Assembly: GCF_009914755.1 (NCBI RefSeq)
Contig: NC_060929.1
Source of the DNA: the human T2T-CHM13v2.0 reference genome, Homo sapiens
Length of the DNA: 64,000 nucleotides
Direction: 5' to 3' (one strand)
Shown here: one piece after another, positions 32,931-45,480 of the stretch
How positions within the stretch are numbered: position 1 is the first letter of the stretch
Layout of the letters: every line of letters starts with the position of its first letter
Program-made: the position numbers and the translations under genes
Notes under the pieces: model-generated
Seen by the model: only the letters and a program-made list of their open reading frames with translations
Told to the model about the DNA's origin: nothing
Database searches by the model: none

Positions 32931-35900
32931 ATTATTTTTTTTTATTATTATCCTTTAAGTTCCGGGATACATGTGCAGAATGTGCAGGTTTGTTACATAG
33001 GTATGTATACATGTGCCATGGTGGTTTGCTGCACTCATCAATCCCTCATCTACATTACATATTTCTCCTAATGCTATCCCTCCCCTAGCCCCCCCACCCC
33101 ATTACAGGCCCCCGTGTGTGATGTTACCCTCCCTGTGTCCATGTGTTCTCATTGTTCAACTCCCACTTAAGAGTGAGAACATGCAGTGTTTTGTTTTCAG
33201 TTCTTGTGTTAATTTGGTGAGAATGATGGTTTCCAGCTTCATCCATGTCCCTGCAATGGACATGAACTCATCCTTTTTTATGAGTGCATGTTATTCTATG
33301 GTGTATATGTGCCACATTTTCTTTAACCAGTCTATCATTGATGGGCATTTGGGTTGGTTCCAAGTCTTTGCTATTGTGAAAAGTGCTGCAATAAACATAC
33401 GTGTGTGTGTGTCTTTATAGCAGCATGGGTGTATACTCAGTAATGGGGTTGCTGGGTCAAATGGTATTCCTAGTTCTAGATCCTTGAGGAATCACCGCAC
33501 TGTCTTTGACAATGGTTTAACTAATTTACACTCCGACCAACAGTGTAAAAGCATTCCTATTTCTCCACATCCTCTCCAGCATCTATTGTTTCCTGACTTT
33601 CTAATGGTCGCCATTCTAACTGGCAAGAGATAGTATCTCATTGTGATTTTGATTTGCATTTATCTAATTACCAGTGATGATGAGCATTTTTTCATATATT
33701 TGTTGGCTGAATAAATGTATTCTTTTGAGGAGTGTCTGTTAATATCCTTCACCCACTTTTTGATGGGATTGTTTCTTTCTTGTAAATTTGTTTAAGTTCT
33801 TTGTAGATTCTGGATATTAGCGCTTTGTCAGATGGATAGATTGCAAAAATTTTCTCCCATTCTGTAGGTTGCTTGTTCATTCTGATGATAGTTTCTTTTG
33901 CGGTGCAGAAGCTCTTTAGTTTAATTAGATCCCATTTTTTAATTTTGGCTTTTGTTGCCATTGCTTTTGGTGTTTTAGTCATAAAGTCTTTGCCCATGCC
34001 TATGTCCTGAATAGTATTGCCTAGGTTTTCTTCTAGGGTATTTATGGTTTTAGGTCTTTAGTCCACCTTGAGTTAATTTTTGCATAACGTGTAAGGAAAG
34101 CGTCCAGTTTCAGTTTTCTGCATATGGCTAGCCAGTTTCCCAACACCATTTATGGAATAGGGAATCTTTTCCCTATTGCTTGTTTTTGTCAGGTTTGTCA
34201 AAGATCAGATGGTTGTAGATGTGTGGTGTTATTTCTGAGGCCTCTGTTCTGTTCCATTGGTCTATATATCTGTTTTGATACAAGTACCATACTGTTGTAG
34301 TTACCGTAGCCTTGTAGTGTAGTTTGAAGTCAGGTAGTGTGATGCCTCCAGCTTTGTTCTTTTTGCTGAGGATTGTCTTGGCTATGAGGGCTCTTTTTTT
34401 GGTTCCATATGAAATTTAAAGTAGTTTTTTCTAAGTCTGTGAAGAAAGTCACTGGTAGCTTGATGGGAATAGCATTGAATCTATAAATTTGGGCAGTATG
34501 GCCATTTTCACGATACTGATTCTAACTATCCATGAGCATGGAATGTTTTTCCATTTGTTCGTGTCCTCTCTTATTTCCTTGAGCAGTGGTTTGTAGTTCT
34601 CCTTGAAGAGGTCCTTCACATCCTTTGTAAGTTGTATTCCTAGGTATTTAATACTCTTTGTAGCAATTGTGAATGTGAGTTTGCCTATGATTTGGCTCTC
34701 TGTTTGTCTGTTATTGGTGTATAGGAATGCATGTGATTTTTGCACATTGATTTTGTATTCTGAGGCTTTCCTGAAGTTGCTTATCAGCTGAAGGAGTTTT
34801 TGGGCTGAGATGATGGGGTTTTCTGGATATACAATGATGTCATCTGCAAACAGAGACAATTTGACTTCCTCTTTTCCTATTTGAATACCCTTTATTTCTT
34901 TCTCTTGCCTGATTGCCCTGGCCAGAACTTCCAACACTATGTTGAGTAGGAGTGGTGAGAGAGGGCATCCTTCTCTTATGCCAGTTTTCAAAGGGAATGC
35001 TTCCAGCTTTTGCTCATTCAGTATGATATTGGCTGTGGGTTTGTCATAAATAGCTTGTATTATTTTTTCAGATATGTTCCATCAATACCTATTTTATTGA
35101 GAGTTTTTTAGCATGAAGGGGCATTGAATTTTATCGAAGGCCTTTTCTGCATCTATTGAGATAATCATGCGGTTTTTGTCATTGGTTCTTTTTATGTGAT
35201 GGATTATGTTTACTGATTTAGGTATGTTGAACCAGCCTTGCATTCCAGGGATGGAGCCGACTTGATTGTGGTAGATAAGCATTTTGATGTGCTGCTGCAT
35301 TCGGCTTGCCAGTAGTTTATTGAGGATTTTCGCATTGATATTCATAAGGGATATTGGCCTGAAATTTCCTTTTTCTGTTGTGTCTCCGCCAGGTTTTGGT
35401 ATCAGGGTGATGCTGGCCTCATAAAATGAGTTAGGGAGGAGTCCCTCTTTTTCTATTGTTTGGAGTAGTTTCAGAAGGAATGGTACCAGCTCCTCTTTGT
35501 ACCTCTGGTAGAATTAGGCTGTGAATCCGTCTGATCCTGGGCTTTTTTTGGTTGATAGGCTATTAATTACTGCCTCAGTTTCAGAACTTGTTATTGGTCT
35601 ATTCAGGAATTTGAATTTTTCCTGGTTTAGCCTTCAGAGAGTGTATTTGTCTAGGAAATTATCCATTTCTTCTAGATTTTCTAGTTTATTTGCATAGAGG
35701 TGTTTATAGTATTCTCTGATGGTAGTTTGTATTTCTGTGGGATTGGTGGTGATCTCCCCTTTATCATTTTTTATTGTGTCTATTTGATTCTTCTCTGTTT
35801 TCTTCTTTATTATTCTGGCTAGCCGTCCATCTATTTTGTTAATCTTTTCAGAAAACCATCTCCTGGATTCATTGATTTTTTGAAGGGTTTTTCATGTCTC

Positions 35901-38900
35901 TGTCTTCTTCAGTTCTGCTCTGATCTTAGTTACTTCTTGTCTTGTGCTAGCTTTTGAATTTGTTTTCTCTTGCTTCTCTAGTTCTTTTAATTGTGATGTT
36001 AAGGTGTCAATTTTAGATCTTTCCTGCTTTCTTCTGTGGGCATTTTAGTGCTATAAATTTTTCTCTAAGCGCTGCTTTAGCTGTGTCCCAGAGATTCTGG
36101 TACATTGTATCTTTGTTCTCATTGGTTTCAAAGAACTAATTTATTTGTGCCTTAATTTTCGTTATTTACCCAGTGGTCATTCAGGAACAAGTTTTTCATT
36201 TTGCATGTAGTTGTGTGGTTTTGAGTTTCTTCATCCTGAGTTCTAATTTGTTTGCACTGTGATCTGAGAGACTGTTATGATTTCTGTTCTTTTGCATTTG
36301 CTGAGGAGTATTTTATTTCCAGTTATGTGGTCGATTTTAGGATAAGTGCTATGTGGTGCTGAGAAGAATGTATATGCTGTTGATTTGGGGTGGAGAGTTC
36401 TGTAGATGTCTATTAGGTCCACTTGGTCCAGAGCCGAGTTCAAGTCCTGAATATCCTTGTTAATTTTCTGTCTTGTTGATCTTTCTAATATTGACAGTGG
36501 GGTGTTAAAGTCTCCCACTATTATTGTGTGGGAGTCTAAGTCTCTTTGTAGGTCTCTAAGAACTTGCTTTATGAATCTAGGTGGTCCTGTATTGGGTGCA
36601 TATATATTTAGGAGTGTTAGCTCTTCTTGTTGCATTGATTCCCTTTACCATATGTAATGCCCTTCTTTGTCCTTTTGATCTTTGTTGGTTTAAAGTCTGT
36701 TTTATCAGAGACTAAAATTGCAACCCCTGATTTTTTGTTTTTTTGCTTTCCATTTGCTTGGTAATTATTCTTCCATCCCTTTATTTTGAGCCTATGTGTG
36801 TCTTTGCACGTGAGATGGGTCTCCTGAATACAGCACACCGATGGGTCTTGACTCTTTATCCAATTTACCAGTCTGTGTCTTTTAATTGGGGGCATTTAGC
36901 TCATTTAGATTTATGGTTAATATTGTTATATGTGAATTTGATCATGTCAGTATGATGCTAGCTGGTTATTTTGCTGGTTAGTTCATGCAGTTTCTTCATA
37001 GTGTCGACGGTCTTTACAATTTGATATGTTTTTGCAGTGGCTGGTACTGGTTTTTCCTTTCCGTATTTAGTGCTTACTTCAGGAGCTCTTGTAAGGCAGG
37101 CCTGGTGGTGACAAAATCTCTCAGCATTTGCTTGTCTGTAAAGGATTTTATTTCTCCTTCATTTATGAAGCTTAGTTTGGCTGGATATGAAATTCTGGGT
37201 TGAAAATTCTTTTCTTTAAGAATGTTGAATATTGGTCCCTACTCTCTTCTGGCTTGTAGGGTTTCTGCAGAGAGATCCACTGTTAGTCTGATGGGCTTCC
37301 CTTTGTGGGTACCCTGGCTGCCCTTAACATTTTTTCCTTCATTTCAGCCTTGGTGAAGCTGATGATTATATGTTGGGGTTGTTCTTCTCAAGGAGTTTCT
37401 TTGTGATATTCTCTGAATTTTCTGAATTTGAGTGTTGGCCTGTTTTGCTAGGTTGGGGACGTTCTCCTGGATAATATCCTGAAGAGTGTTTTCCAACTTG
37501 GTTCCATTCTTCCCGTCAGTTTCAGGTACACCAATCAATGTAGGTTTGATCTTTTCACATAGTCCCATATTTCTTGGAGGCTTTGTTCATTCCTTTTCAT
37601 TCTTTTTCTCTAATCTTGTCTTCATGCTTCATTTCATTAAGTTGATCTTCAATCTCTGATATCCTTTCTTCCGCTTGATTGATTCAGCTATTGGTACTTA
37701 TGTATGCTGCTTGAAGTTCTCATGCTGTGTTTTTCAGCTCCATCAGGTCATTTGTGTTCTTCTCTAAACTCGTTATTTTAGTTAGCAATTCCTCTACCCA
37801 TTTTTCAAGGTTCTTAGGTTCCTTGCATTGATTTAGAACATGTTCCTTTGGCTTGGGGAAATTTGTTCTTACCCACCTTTTGAGGCCTTCTTCTGTAAAT
37901 TCATCAAACTCATTCTCCATCAAGTTTTGTTCCCTTGCTGGCAAGCAGTTGTGATCCTTGAGAGGAGAAGAGGCATTCTGGTTTTTGGAATTTTTAGCCT
38001 TTTTGTACTGGTTTTTCCTCATGTTCGTGGATTTATCTACCTTTGGTCTTTGCTGTTGGTGACCTTCAAATGTCGTTTTTGCATGGTCATCCTTTTTGTT
38101 GATATTGATGCTATGTTCCTTTCTGTTTCTTACTGTCCTTCTAACAGTCAAGCCCGTCTGCTGTAGGTCTGCGGGAGTTTGCTGAGGGTCCACTCCATAC
38201 CCTGTTTTCCTGGTTATCACCAGCGGAGGCTGCAGAACAGCAAAGATTGCTGCCTGCTTTTTCTCTGGAAGTTTCTTCTCAGAGGGCCACCTGTCAGATG
38301 CCAGCCAGAGCTCTCCTGTATGAGGTATCTGTCGACCCCTGCTGGGAAGTGCCTCCCAGTGAGGAGGCACGGGGGTCAAGGAGCCACTTAAGGAGGCAGT
38401 CTGTCTCTTAGCAGAGCTCGAGTGCTGTGCTGGGAGATCCGCTTCTCTCTTCAGAGAGCTGACAGGCAGGAACGTTTAAATCTGCTGAAGCTTCGCCCAC
38501 TGCCACCTCTTCCCCCAGGTGTTCTGTCCCAGAGAGATGGGAGTTTTGTCTCTAAGCCCCTCACTGGGCTTATAGTTAAGCTGCCTTTCTTTCACAGATG
38601 CCCTGCCCAGAGAGGAGGAATCCAGAGAGGTAGTCTGGCTAGAGTGTCTTTGCTGAGCTGTGGTGGGCTTCACCCAATTTGAACTTCCCAGAGGCTTTGT
38701 TTATACTGTGAGGGGAAAATCACCTAGTCAAGACTCAGTAATGGTGGACGCCCCTGTCCCCAGCAAGCTTGAGTGTCCCAGGTTGACTTCAGACTGCTGT
38801 GCTGGGAGCGAGAATTTCAAGCCAGTGGATCTTAGCTTGCTGGGCTCCCCAGGGGTGGGATCTGCAGAGCTAAACCACTTGGCTCCCTGGCTTCAGCCCC

Positions 38901-39368
38901 CTTTCCAGGGGAGTGAATGATTCTGTCTCACTGGTGTTCCAGGAGCCACTGGGGTATGAAAAAAAAACTCCTGCAGCTACCTTGGTGTCTGCCCAAATGG
39001 CCACTCTGTTTTGTGCTTCAAACCCAGGGCCCTGGTGTCGTAGGCACTCAAGCGAGTCTCCTGGTCTGTGGGTTATAAAGACGGTGGGAAGAGCATAGTA
39101 TCTGGGCCAGAGTGCACCCTTCTTCAAGGCACTGTTCCTCATGGCTTTCCTTGGCTAGGGGAGTGAGTTCCCCAACCCCTTGTGCTTCCCGGGTCAGGTG
39201 ATGCCTTACCCTGCCTTGCCCTGTGTGGGCTGCACCCACTCTCTAACGAGTCCCAATGAGATGAACTGGGTACCTCAGTTGGAAATGCAGAAATCACCTG
39301 CCTATTGCGTTGGTCTTGCTGGGAGCAGCAGACTGGAGCTGTTACCATTTGACCATCTTGCCCGGGGA
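32931..39368 (-). mobile_element. Full-length L1PA7/8-like LINE-1 #2 (inactive)
   Basis: 5'UTR ending GACCATCTTGCCCGGGGA; ORF1 ATG at 38022 (MRKNQYKKAKNSKNQ); EN, RT (LFADD) and 3'UTR fragments; A/TAA-rich tail at ~32931-32950. Confidence 0.97.
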
Positions 39369-39520
39369 TCCATGGATTCTTTTTAGTATATTTAGCAGTT
39401 AAAAATATTTTTGACATATTTATAGAAAGTAGTATCAATAACATTATTACTATTTAAATTTTGGAATTTGTTTTGGTAAGAACAAAATTTGAAGCTATCT
39501 AATGAAGATTGAAAGTCGAG

Positions 39521-42500
39521 CTCTCCCTCCCCCTCCCCCTCCCCCTCCCCCTCCCCCTCTCCCTCTCCCTCTCATGCGGAGCCGAAGCTGGACTGTACTG
39601 CTGCCATCTCGGCTCACTGCAACCTCCCTGCCTGATTCTCCTGCCTCACTCTGCCAAATGCCTGCGATCGCAGGCACGCGCCGCCACGCCTGACTGGTTT
39701 TGGTGGAGACGGGGTTTCGCTGTGTTGGCCGGGCCGGTCTCCAGCCCCTAACCGCGAGTGATCCGCCAACCTCGGCCTCCCGAGGTGCCGGGATTGCAGA
39801 CGGAGTCTCGTTCACTCAGTGCTCAATGGTGCCCAGGCTGGAGTGCAGTGGCGTGATCTCGGCTCACTACAACCTACACCTCCCAGCCGCCTGCCTTGGC
39901 CTCCCAAAGTGCCGAGATTGCAGCCTCTGCCGGGCCACCACCCCGTCTGGGAAGTGAGGAGTGTCTCTGCCTGGCCGCCCATTGTCTGGGATGTGAGGAG
40001 CCCCTCTGCCTGGCTGCCCAGTCTGGAAAGTGAGGAGCGTCTCCGCCCGGCCCCCATCCCATCTAGGAAGTGAGGAGCGCCTCTTCCCAGCCGCCATCAC
40101 ATCTAGGAAGTGAGGAGCGTCTCTGCCCGGCCGCCCATCGTCTGAGATGTGGGGAGCGCCTCTGCCCCGCTGCCCCATCTGGGATGTGAGGAGCGCCTCT
40201 GCCCGGCCGAGACCCCGTCTGGGAGGTGAGGAGCGTCTCTGCCCGGCCGCCCCGTCTGAGAAGTGAGGAGCCTCTCCGCCCGGCAGCCACCCCATCTGGG
40301 AAGTGAGGAGCGTCTCCGCCCGGCAGCCACCCCATCTGGGAAGTGAGGAGCGTCTCCGCCCGGCAGCCACCCCGTCCGGGAGGGAGGTGGGGGGGGGTCA
40401 GCCCCCTGCCCGGCCAGCCGCCCCGTCCGGGAGGTGAGGGGCGCCTCTGCCCGGCCGCCCCTACTGGGAAGTGAGGAGCCCCTCAGCCCGGCCAGCCACC
40501 CCATCCGGGAGGGAGATGGGGGGGTCAGCCCCCCCACCCGGCCAGCCGCCCCGTCCGGGAGGGAGGTGGGGGGGTCAGCCCCCCGCCTGGCCAGCCGCCC
40601 CATCCGGGAGGGAGGTGGGGGGGGTCAGCCCTCCGCCCGGCCAGCCGCCCCGTCAGGGAGGTGAGGGGCGCCTCTGCCCGGCCGCCCCTACTGGGAAGTG
40701 AGGAGCCCCTCTGCCCGGCCAGCCGCCCCGTCCGGGAGGGAGGTGGGAGGGTCAGCCCTCCACCCGGCCAGCCGCCCCGTCTGGGAGGTGAGGGGCGCCT
40801 CTGCCCGGCCGCCCCTTCTGGGAAGTGAGGAGCCCCTCTGCCCGGCCAGCCGCCCCGTCCGGGAGGGAGGTGGAGGGGTCAGCCCCCCGCCCGGCCAGCC
40901 GCCCTGTCCGGGAGGTGAGGGGCACCTCTGCCCGGCCGCCCCTACTGGGAAGTGAGGAGCCCCTCTGCCCGGCCAGCCGCCCCATCCGGGAGGGAGGTGG
41001 GGGGGTCAGCCCCCCGCCCGGCCAGCCGCCCCGTCCGGGAGGGAGGTGGGGGTGTCAGCCCCCCGCCCGGCCAGCCGCCCCGTCCGGGAGGGAGGTGGGG
41101 GGGGTCAGCCCCCCGCCCGGCCAGCCGCCCCGTCCGGGAGGGAGGTGGGGGGGGGTCAGCCCCCCTGCCCGGCCAGCCGCCCCGTCCGGGAGGTGAGGGG
41201 CGCCTCTGCCCGGCCGCCCCTACTGGGAAGTGAGGAGCCCCTCTGCCCGGCCAGCCGCCCCGTCCGGGAGGGAGGTGGGGGGGTCAGCCCCCCGCCCGGC
41301 CAGCCGCCCTGTCCGGGAGGTGAGGGGCGCCTCTGCCCGGCCGCCCCTACTGGGAAGTGAGGAGCCCCTCTGCCCGGCCAGCCGCCCCGTCCGGGAGGGA
41401 GGTGGGGGTGTCAGCCCCCCGCCCGGCCAGCCGCCCCGTCCGGGAGGGAGGTGGGGGGGTCAGCCCCCCGCCTGGCCAGCCGCCCCATCCGGGAGGGAGG
41501 TGGGGGGGGTCAGCCCTCCGCCCGGCCAGCCGCCCCGTCGGGGAGGTGAGGGGCGCCTCTGCCCGGCCGCCCCTACTGGGAAGTGAGGAGCCCCTCTGCC
41601 CGGCCAGCCGCCCCCTCCGGGAGGGAGGTGGGAGGGTCAGCCCTCCACCCGGCCAGCCGCCCCGTCTGGGAGGTGAGGGGCGCCTCTGCCCGGCCGCCCC
41701 TTCTGGGAAGTGAGGAGCCCCTCTGCCCGGCCAGCCGCCCCATCCGGGAGGGAGGTGGGGGGGTCAGCCCCCCACCCGGCCAGCCGCCCCGTCCGGGAGG
41801 GAGGTGGGGGTGTCAGCCCCCCGCCCGGCCAGCCGCCCCGTCCGGGAGGGAGGTGGGGGGGTCAGCCCCCCGCCCGGCCAGCCGCCCCGTCCGGGAGGGA
41901 GGTGGGGGGGGGTCAGCCCCCCTGCCCGGCCAGCCGCCCCGTCCGGGAGGTGAGGGGCGCCTCTGCCCGGCCGCCCCTACTGGGAAGTGAGGAGCCCCTC
42001 TGCCCGGCCAGCCGCCCCGTCCGGGAGGGAGGTGGGGGGGTCAGCCCCCCGCCCGGCCAGCCGCCCTGTCCGGGAGGTGAGGGGTGCCTCTGCCCGGCCG
42101 CCCCTACTGGGAAGTGAGGAGCCCCTCTGCCCGCCAGCCGCCCCGTCCGGGAGGGAGGTGGGGGTGTCAGCCCCCCGCCCGGCCAGCCGCCCCGTCCGGG
42201 AGGGAGGTGGGGGGGGTCAGCCCCCCCGCCCGGCCAGCCACCCCGTCCGGGAGGTGAGGGGCGCCTCTGCCCGGCCGCCCCTACTGGGAAGTGAGGAGCC
42301 CCTCTGCCCGGCCAGCCGCCCCGTCCGGGAGGGAGGTGGGGGGGTCAGCCCCCCGCCCGGCCAGCCGCCCCCTCCGGGAGGGAGGTGGGGGGGGGGTCAG
42401 CCCCCCTGCCCGGCCAGCCGCCCCGTCCGGGAGGTGAGGGGCGCCTCTGCCCGGCCGCCCCTACTGGGAAGTGAGGAGCCCCTCTGCCCGGCCACCACCC

Positions 42501-43037
42501 CGTCTGGGAGGTGTACCCAACAGCTCATTGAGAACGGGCCAGGATGACAATGGCGGCTTTGTGGAATAGAAAGGCGGGAAAGGTGGGGAAAAGATTGAGA
42601 AATCGGATGGTTGCCGTGTCTGTGTGGAAAGAAGTAGACATGGGAGACTTTTCATTTTGTTCTACACTAAGAAAAATTCCTCTGCCTTGGGATCCTGTTG
42701 ATCTGTGACCTTACCCCCAACCCTGTGCTCTCTGAAACATGTGCTGTGTCCACTCAGGGTTAAATGGATTAAGGGCGGTGCAAGATGTGCTTTGTTAAAC
42801 AGATGCTTGAAGGCAGCATGCTCGTTAAGAGTCATCACCAATCCCTAATCTCAAGTAATCAGGGACACAAACACTGCGGAAGGCCGCAGGGTCCTCTGCC
42901 TAGGAAAACCAGAGACCTTTGTTCACTTGTTTATCTGCTGACCTTCCCTCCACTATTGTCCCATGACCCTGCCAAATACCCCTCTGTGAGAAACACCCAA
43001 GAATTATCAATAAAAAAATAAATTAAAAAAAAAAAAA
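39521..43037 (+). mobile_element. Full-length SVA retrotransposon (SVA_F-like), ~3.5 kb
   Basis: Hexamer (CCCCCT/CCCTCT)n 39521-39573; Alu-like domain to ~39920; GC-rich VNTR to ~42510; SINE-R (HERV-K env/LTR) to AATAAA and poly(A); TSD GAAAGTCGAG at 39511-39520 and 43038-43047; subfamily inferred from recalled diagnostics. Confidence 0.97.
39930..42510 (+). repeat. SVA VNTR (~2.6 kb, CpG-dense, G4-prone)
   Basis: Arrays of ~40-50 bp units such as GCCCGGCCAGCCGCCCCGTCCGGGAGGGAGGTGGGGGGGTCAGCCCCCC. Confidence 0.97.
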
Positions 43038-43590
43038 GAAAGTCGAGTAGGATATAGTAATTAATAACTTGTTACTTGAATTTTTTTTGTTATTGAAGCC
43101 TATCATGTTTTAAAGGATTTCTTGAACTGATACACTTGATTCAATCACAATCATTACTTATTAAGCTAATTAAGAAAATTACTTTTTGGGGTTTATCTTT
43201 GATGTGTCCTTTACTTAAAATATCTGTGGAATGTGCAGAAAATGTGTTTCCTGCCTACCACCCTCTTTTGGTCTCAGTCATAATCCTAGTTTGGAGAGGG
43301 TATAAAAATGAAGAAGTAATGCTAAATTATCATTTAAAAGTATCAGTCATAATATACCCAGAAAAGACTGAAGAGATGAAAAAAATAAGCTAAACTGGGC
43401 AAAATGCCCAGAGATGCCAACAAATATAGCTTACTTTAGATAAAAAAAAAAGGAAAATAATAATGAGTATATAAAATTTATACGTAGGATTTAGGAATTT
43501 TGTTCCTTTGCTCAGTGTAGTCTCCTTTTTGTCTTAAGGCTCATTCTTACTTATTTTTATAATCCAAAATTCTAACTAGGGGTTGCAGTT

Positions 43591-43621
43591 ACACACACAT
43601 ACACACATACACACACACACC
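43591..43621. repeat. Imperfect (CA)n microsatellite
   Basis: Direct reading. Confidence 0.85.
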
Positions 43622-43919
43622 CATACCCATAAGGCTGTTTGAAAAAAAAAAAATTCCAGTTGCCCGTGGGATAGCCTCCCTCATATCATCTTCTCAACAT
43701 GTATATAGCACTGGTTCTACTTTTTTGCCCTGTCACGTTAGCCTATTTTTAAGAAGCTTAAATTTTATAAAATGCAAAGTTATTTTCATTTTAATGCCTT
43801 GACTTACAAAATAATTCTCCTTCTACCAGTGAATGTAGCGTTACAGTGCATATTCTGGATTATATAGAGCTTAGACACAGATGAAGCAGTGAGAAAATGA
43901 ATATGGGGATAAGCCTCTG

Positions 43920-45480
43920 AATTGCTTCATGTCTATTGAGCATCTATATGCCAGGTGCCAGGTGTGGTGTTATAAACACTACAGACAGCTTGTTTCCTCA
44001 AGCCAACAGGCTAGTGGACAGACTCATATATAAATAATGAAAATACAATAAAATAATTCCTCTCAGTAAGATATGTACTAGTACGATGTTTGTGTGGGAG
44101 AAGCAGTGTCCAAGTTTCCTAAAAAGTATTTGAAAGGTTTTCTAGTGGAGGCAGGGTTTGAGTTGAACAAGAAGGATGAGTAGGCATTTTCTAGGTGGGA
44201 ATTTGATGGGAGCTCTTCTTGGCTGGGATGGCACGTATGTAAAGGCACAACAGTCATGAGACAGCAGGAGAACTACAAGTATGAGCAGAATGACAACAAA
44301 GGATGCTAAGAGGGGACAGGTGGAAGATAAGGGTGCACATATGGGCAGGATGGCTCCTACAAGCAAAGAGCCTCAGATGCCATCTTGGAAGTGAGATCGA
44401 ATATTGACCTGTGTAACTGCATTGTCATGTGCTAGAAAGATACTGTGGCGGCAGTGTGGAGGGTGCGTGGGAGGTGGTTGAAATGTGAATTAGGACATCA
44501 GTAAGGACACCATTTTAATATTCCAGCCAAGAGATAATAAGGGCTTAACTAGGGGAGTGGCAAAGATTATGGAAATTGGGAAGAGATCACAGCAATACTT
44601 AGGAGGTAGAATCATTTAATTTGGTGATAAATATGGAGTAGAAGGGGAAATGAATAAATTTGGGATGACTTTTGGACATCTGGGTATTATGTACATGCCG
44701 TTGCTAAAATAGGGAATTGAGGAGGACAAGTAGTTTTGTTTTGCTTGATGAGATAATGACTTTAGTTTTTGTCTTCTATTCAAGAAAGAGGTCTGGGCTA
44801 AAATTTAAATTGTCAGATCTTTTGGCAGAGAGGTAATAGTCAGGCCAAAGGGGTGAATAAGACTATCAGCAATGGAGTGGTTGTTAGAGTCATAGAAGTG
44901 AATGAGGAGTGAGAACAAAAGCACGGAGGTGGAGCCAGTGCTGTGGGAACAAGCGAGGCCACCTTCACAGATACAGTCATTAGAGCTACTAGAACAAGTT
45001 AGAACATCTATGCCAAAGTTTTTATCAGGGCCTTCCTTGTGAGTAAGTGAGACCATCATTACAGAAAGTCAGAGATGTGAGGATGAGTGAAACTCAGTAT
45101 AGACCTAGTTGCCAGAGCCGTGTGGGTGAATAAGCCCAGCACAGAACGGTCGTTAGAGTCATGGGAGGATGTTGGAGACACGAGAGTGTGGAAGGTGTTC
45201 TAACTGGGAGATTACCAAAGTGAGAACAGTGTCTGTGGGCTGAGGATGGCAGCCAGATTGCTCTGTGCAGTGAACAAGGGGTGAGGAAGTCCAGACTGAA
45301 TGGAGGTCACTCTAAATGTTTGTGAACAAAAGGATAGATTTATGACAGTAGCTAGTGGGGGAAAACAGGGTCTTGGATGAATAATGTTTGTGTTCGTGCA
45401 GACTGTAAAGATGAGAGGCATTATAATACATTTCTTATATGCTGGGAGTCAAAGACAGATTGGAGACAAGAGGCTCAAAA
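43920..45480 (-). mobile_element. L2 LINE fragment(s)
   Basis: Antisense L2 3' end CTATTGAGCATCTATATGCCAGGTG followed by degenerate L2 body. Confidence 0.7.

Noticed and set aside
37720-38379. 219-aa ORF extending L1 ORF1 upstream through the 5'UTR
   Set aside because: Starts at TTG, and ORF1 terminates prematurely; chance openness in a dead L1
40000-42500. CpG island / gene promoter
   Set aside because: CpG density is entirely due to the SVA VNTR
39495-42655. Many long Pro/Gly/Arg-rich ORFs on both strands
   Set aside because: By-products of the stop-poor GC-rich SVA VNTR; not genes
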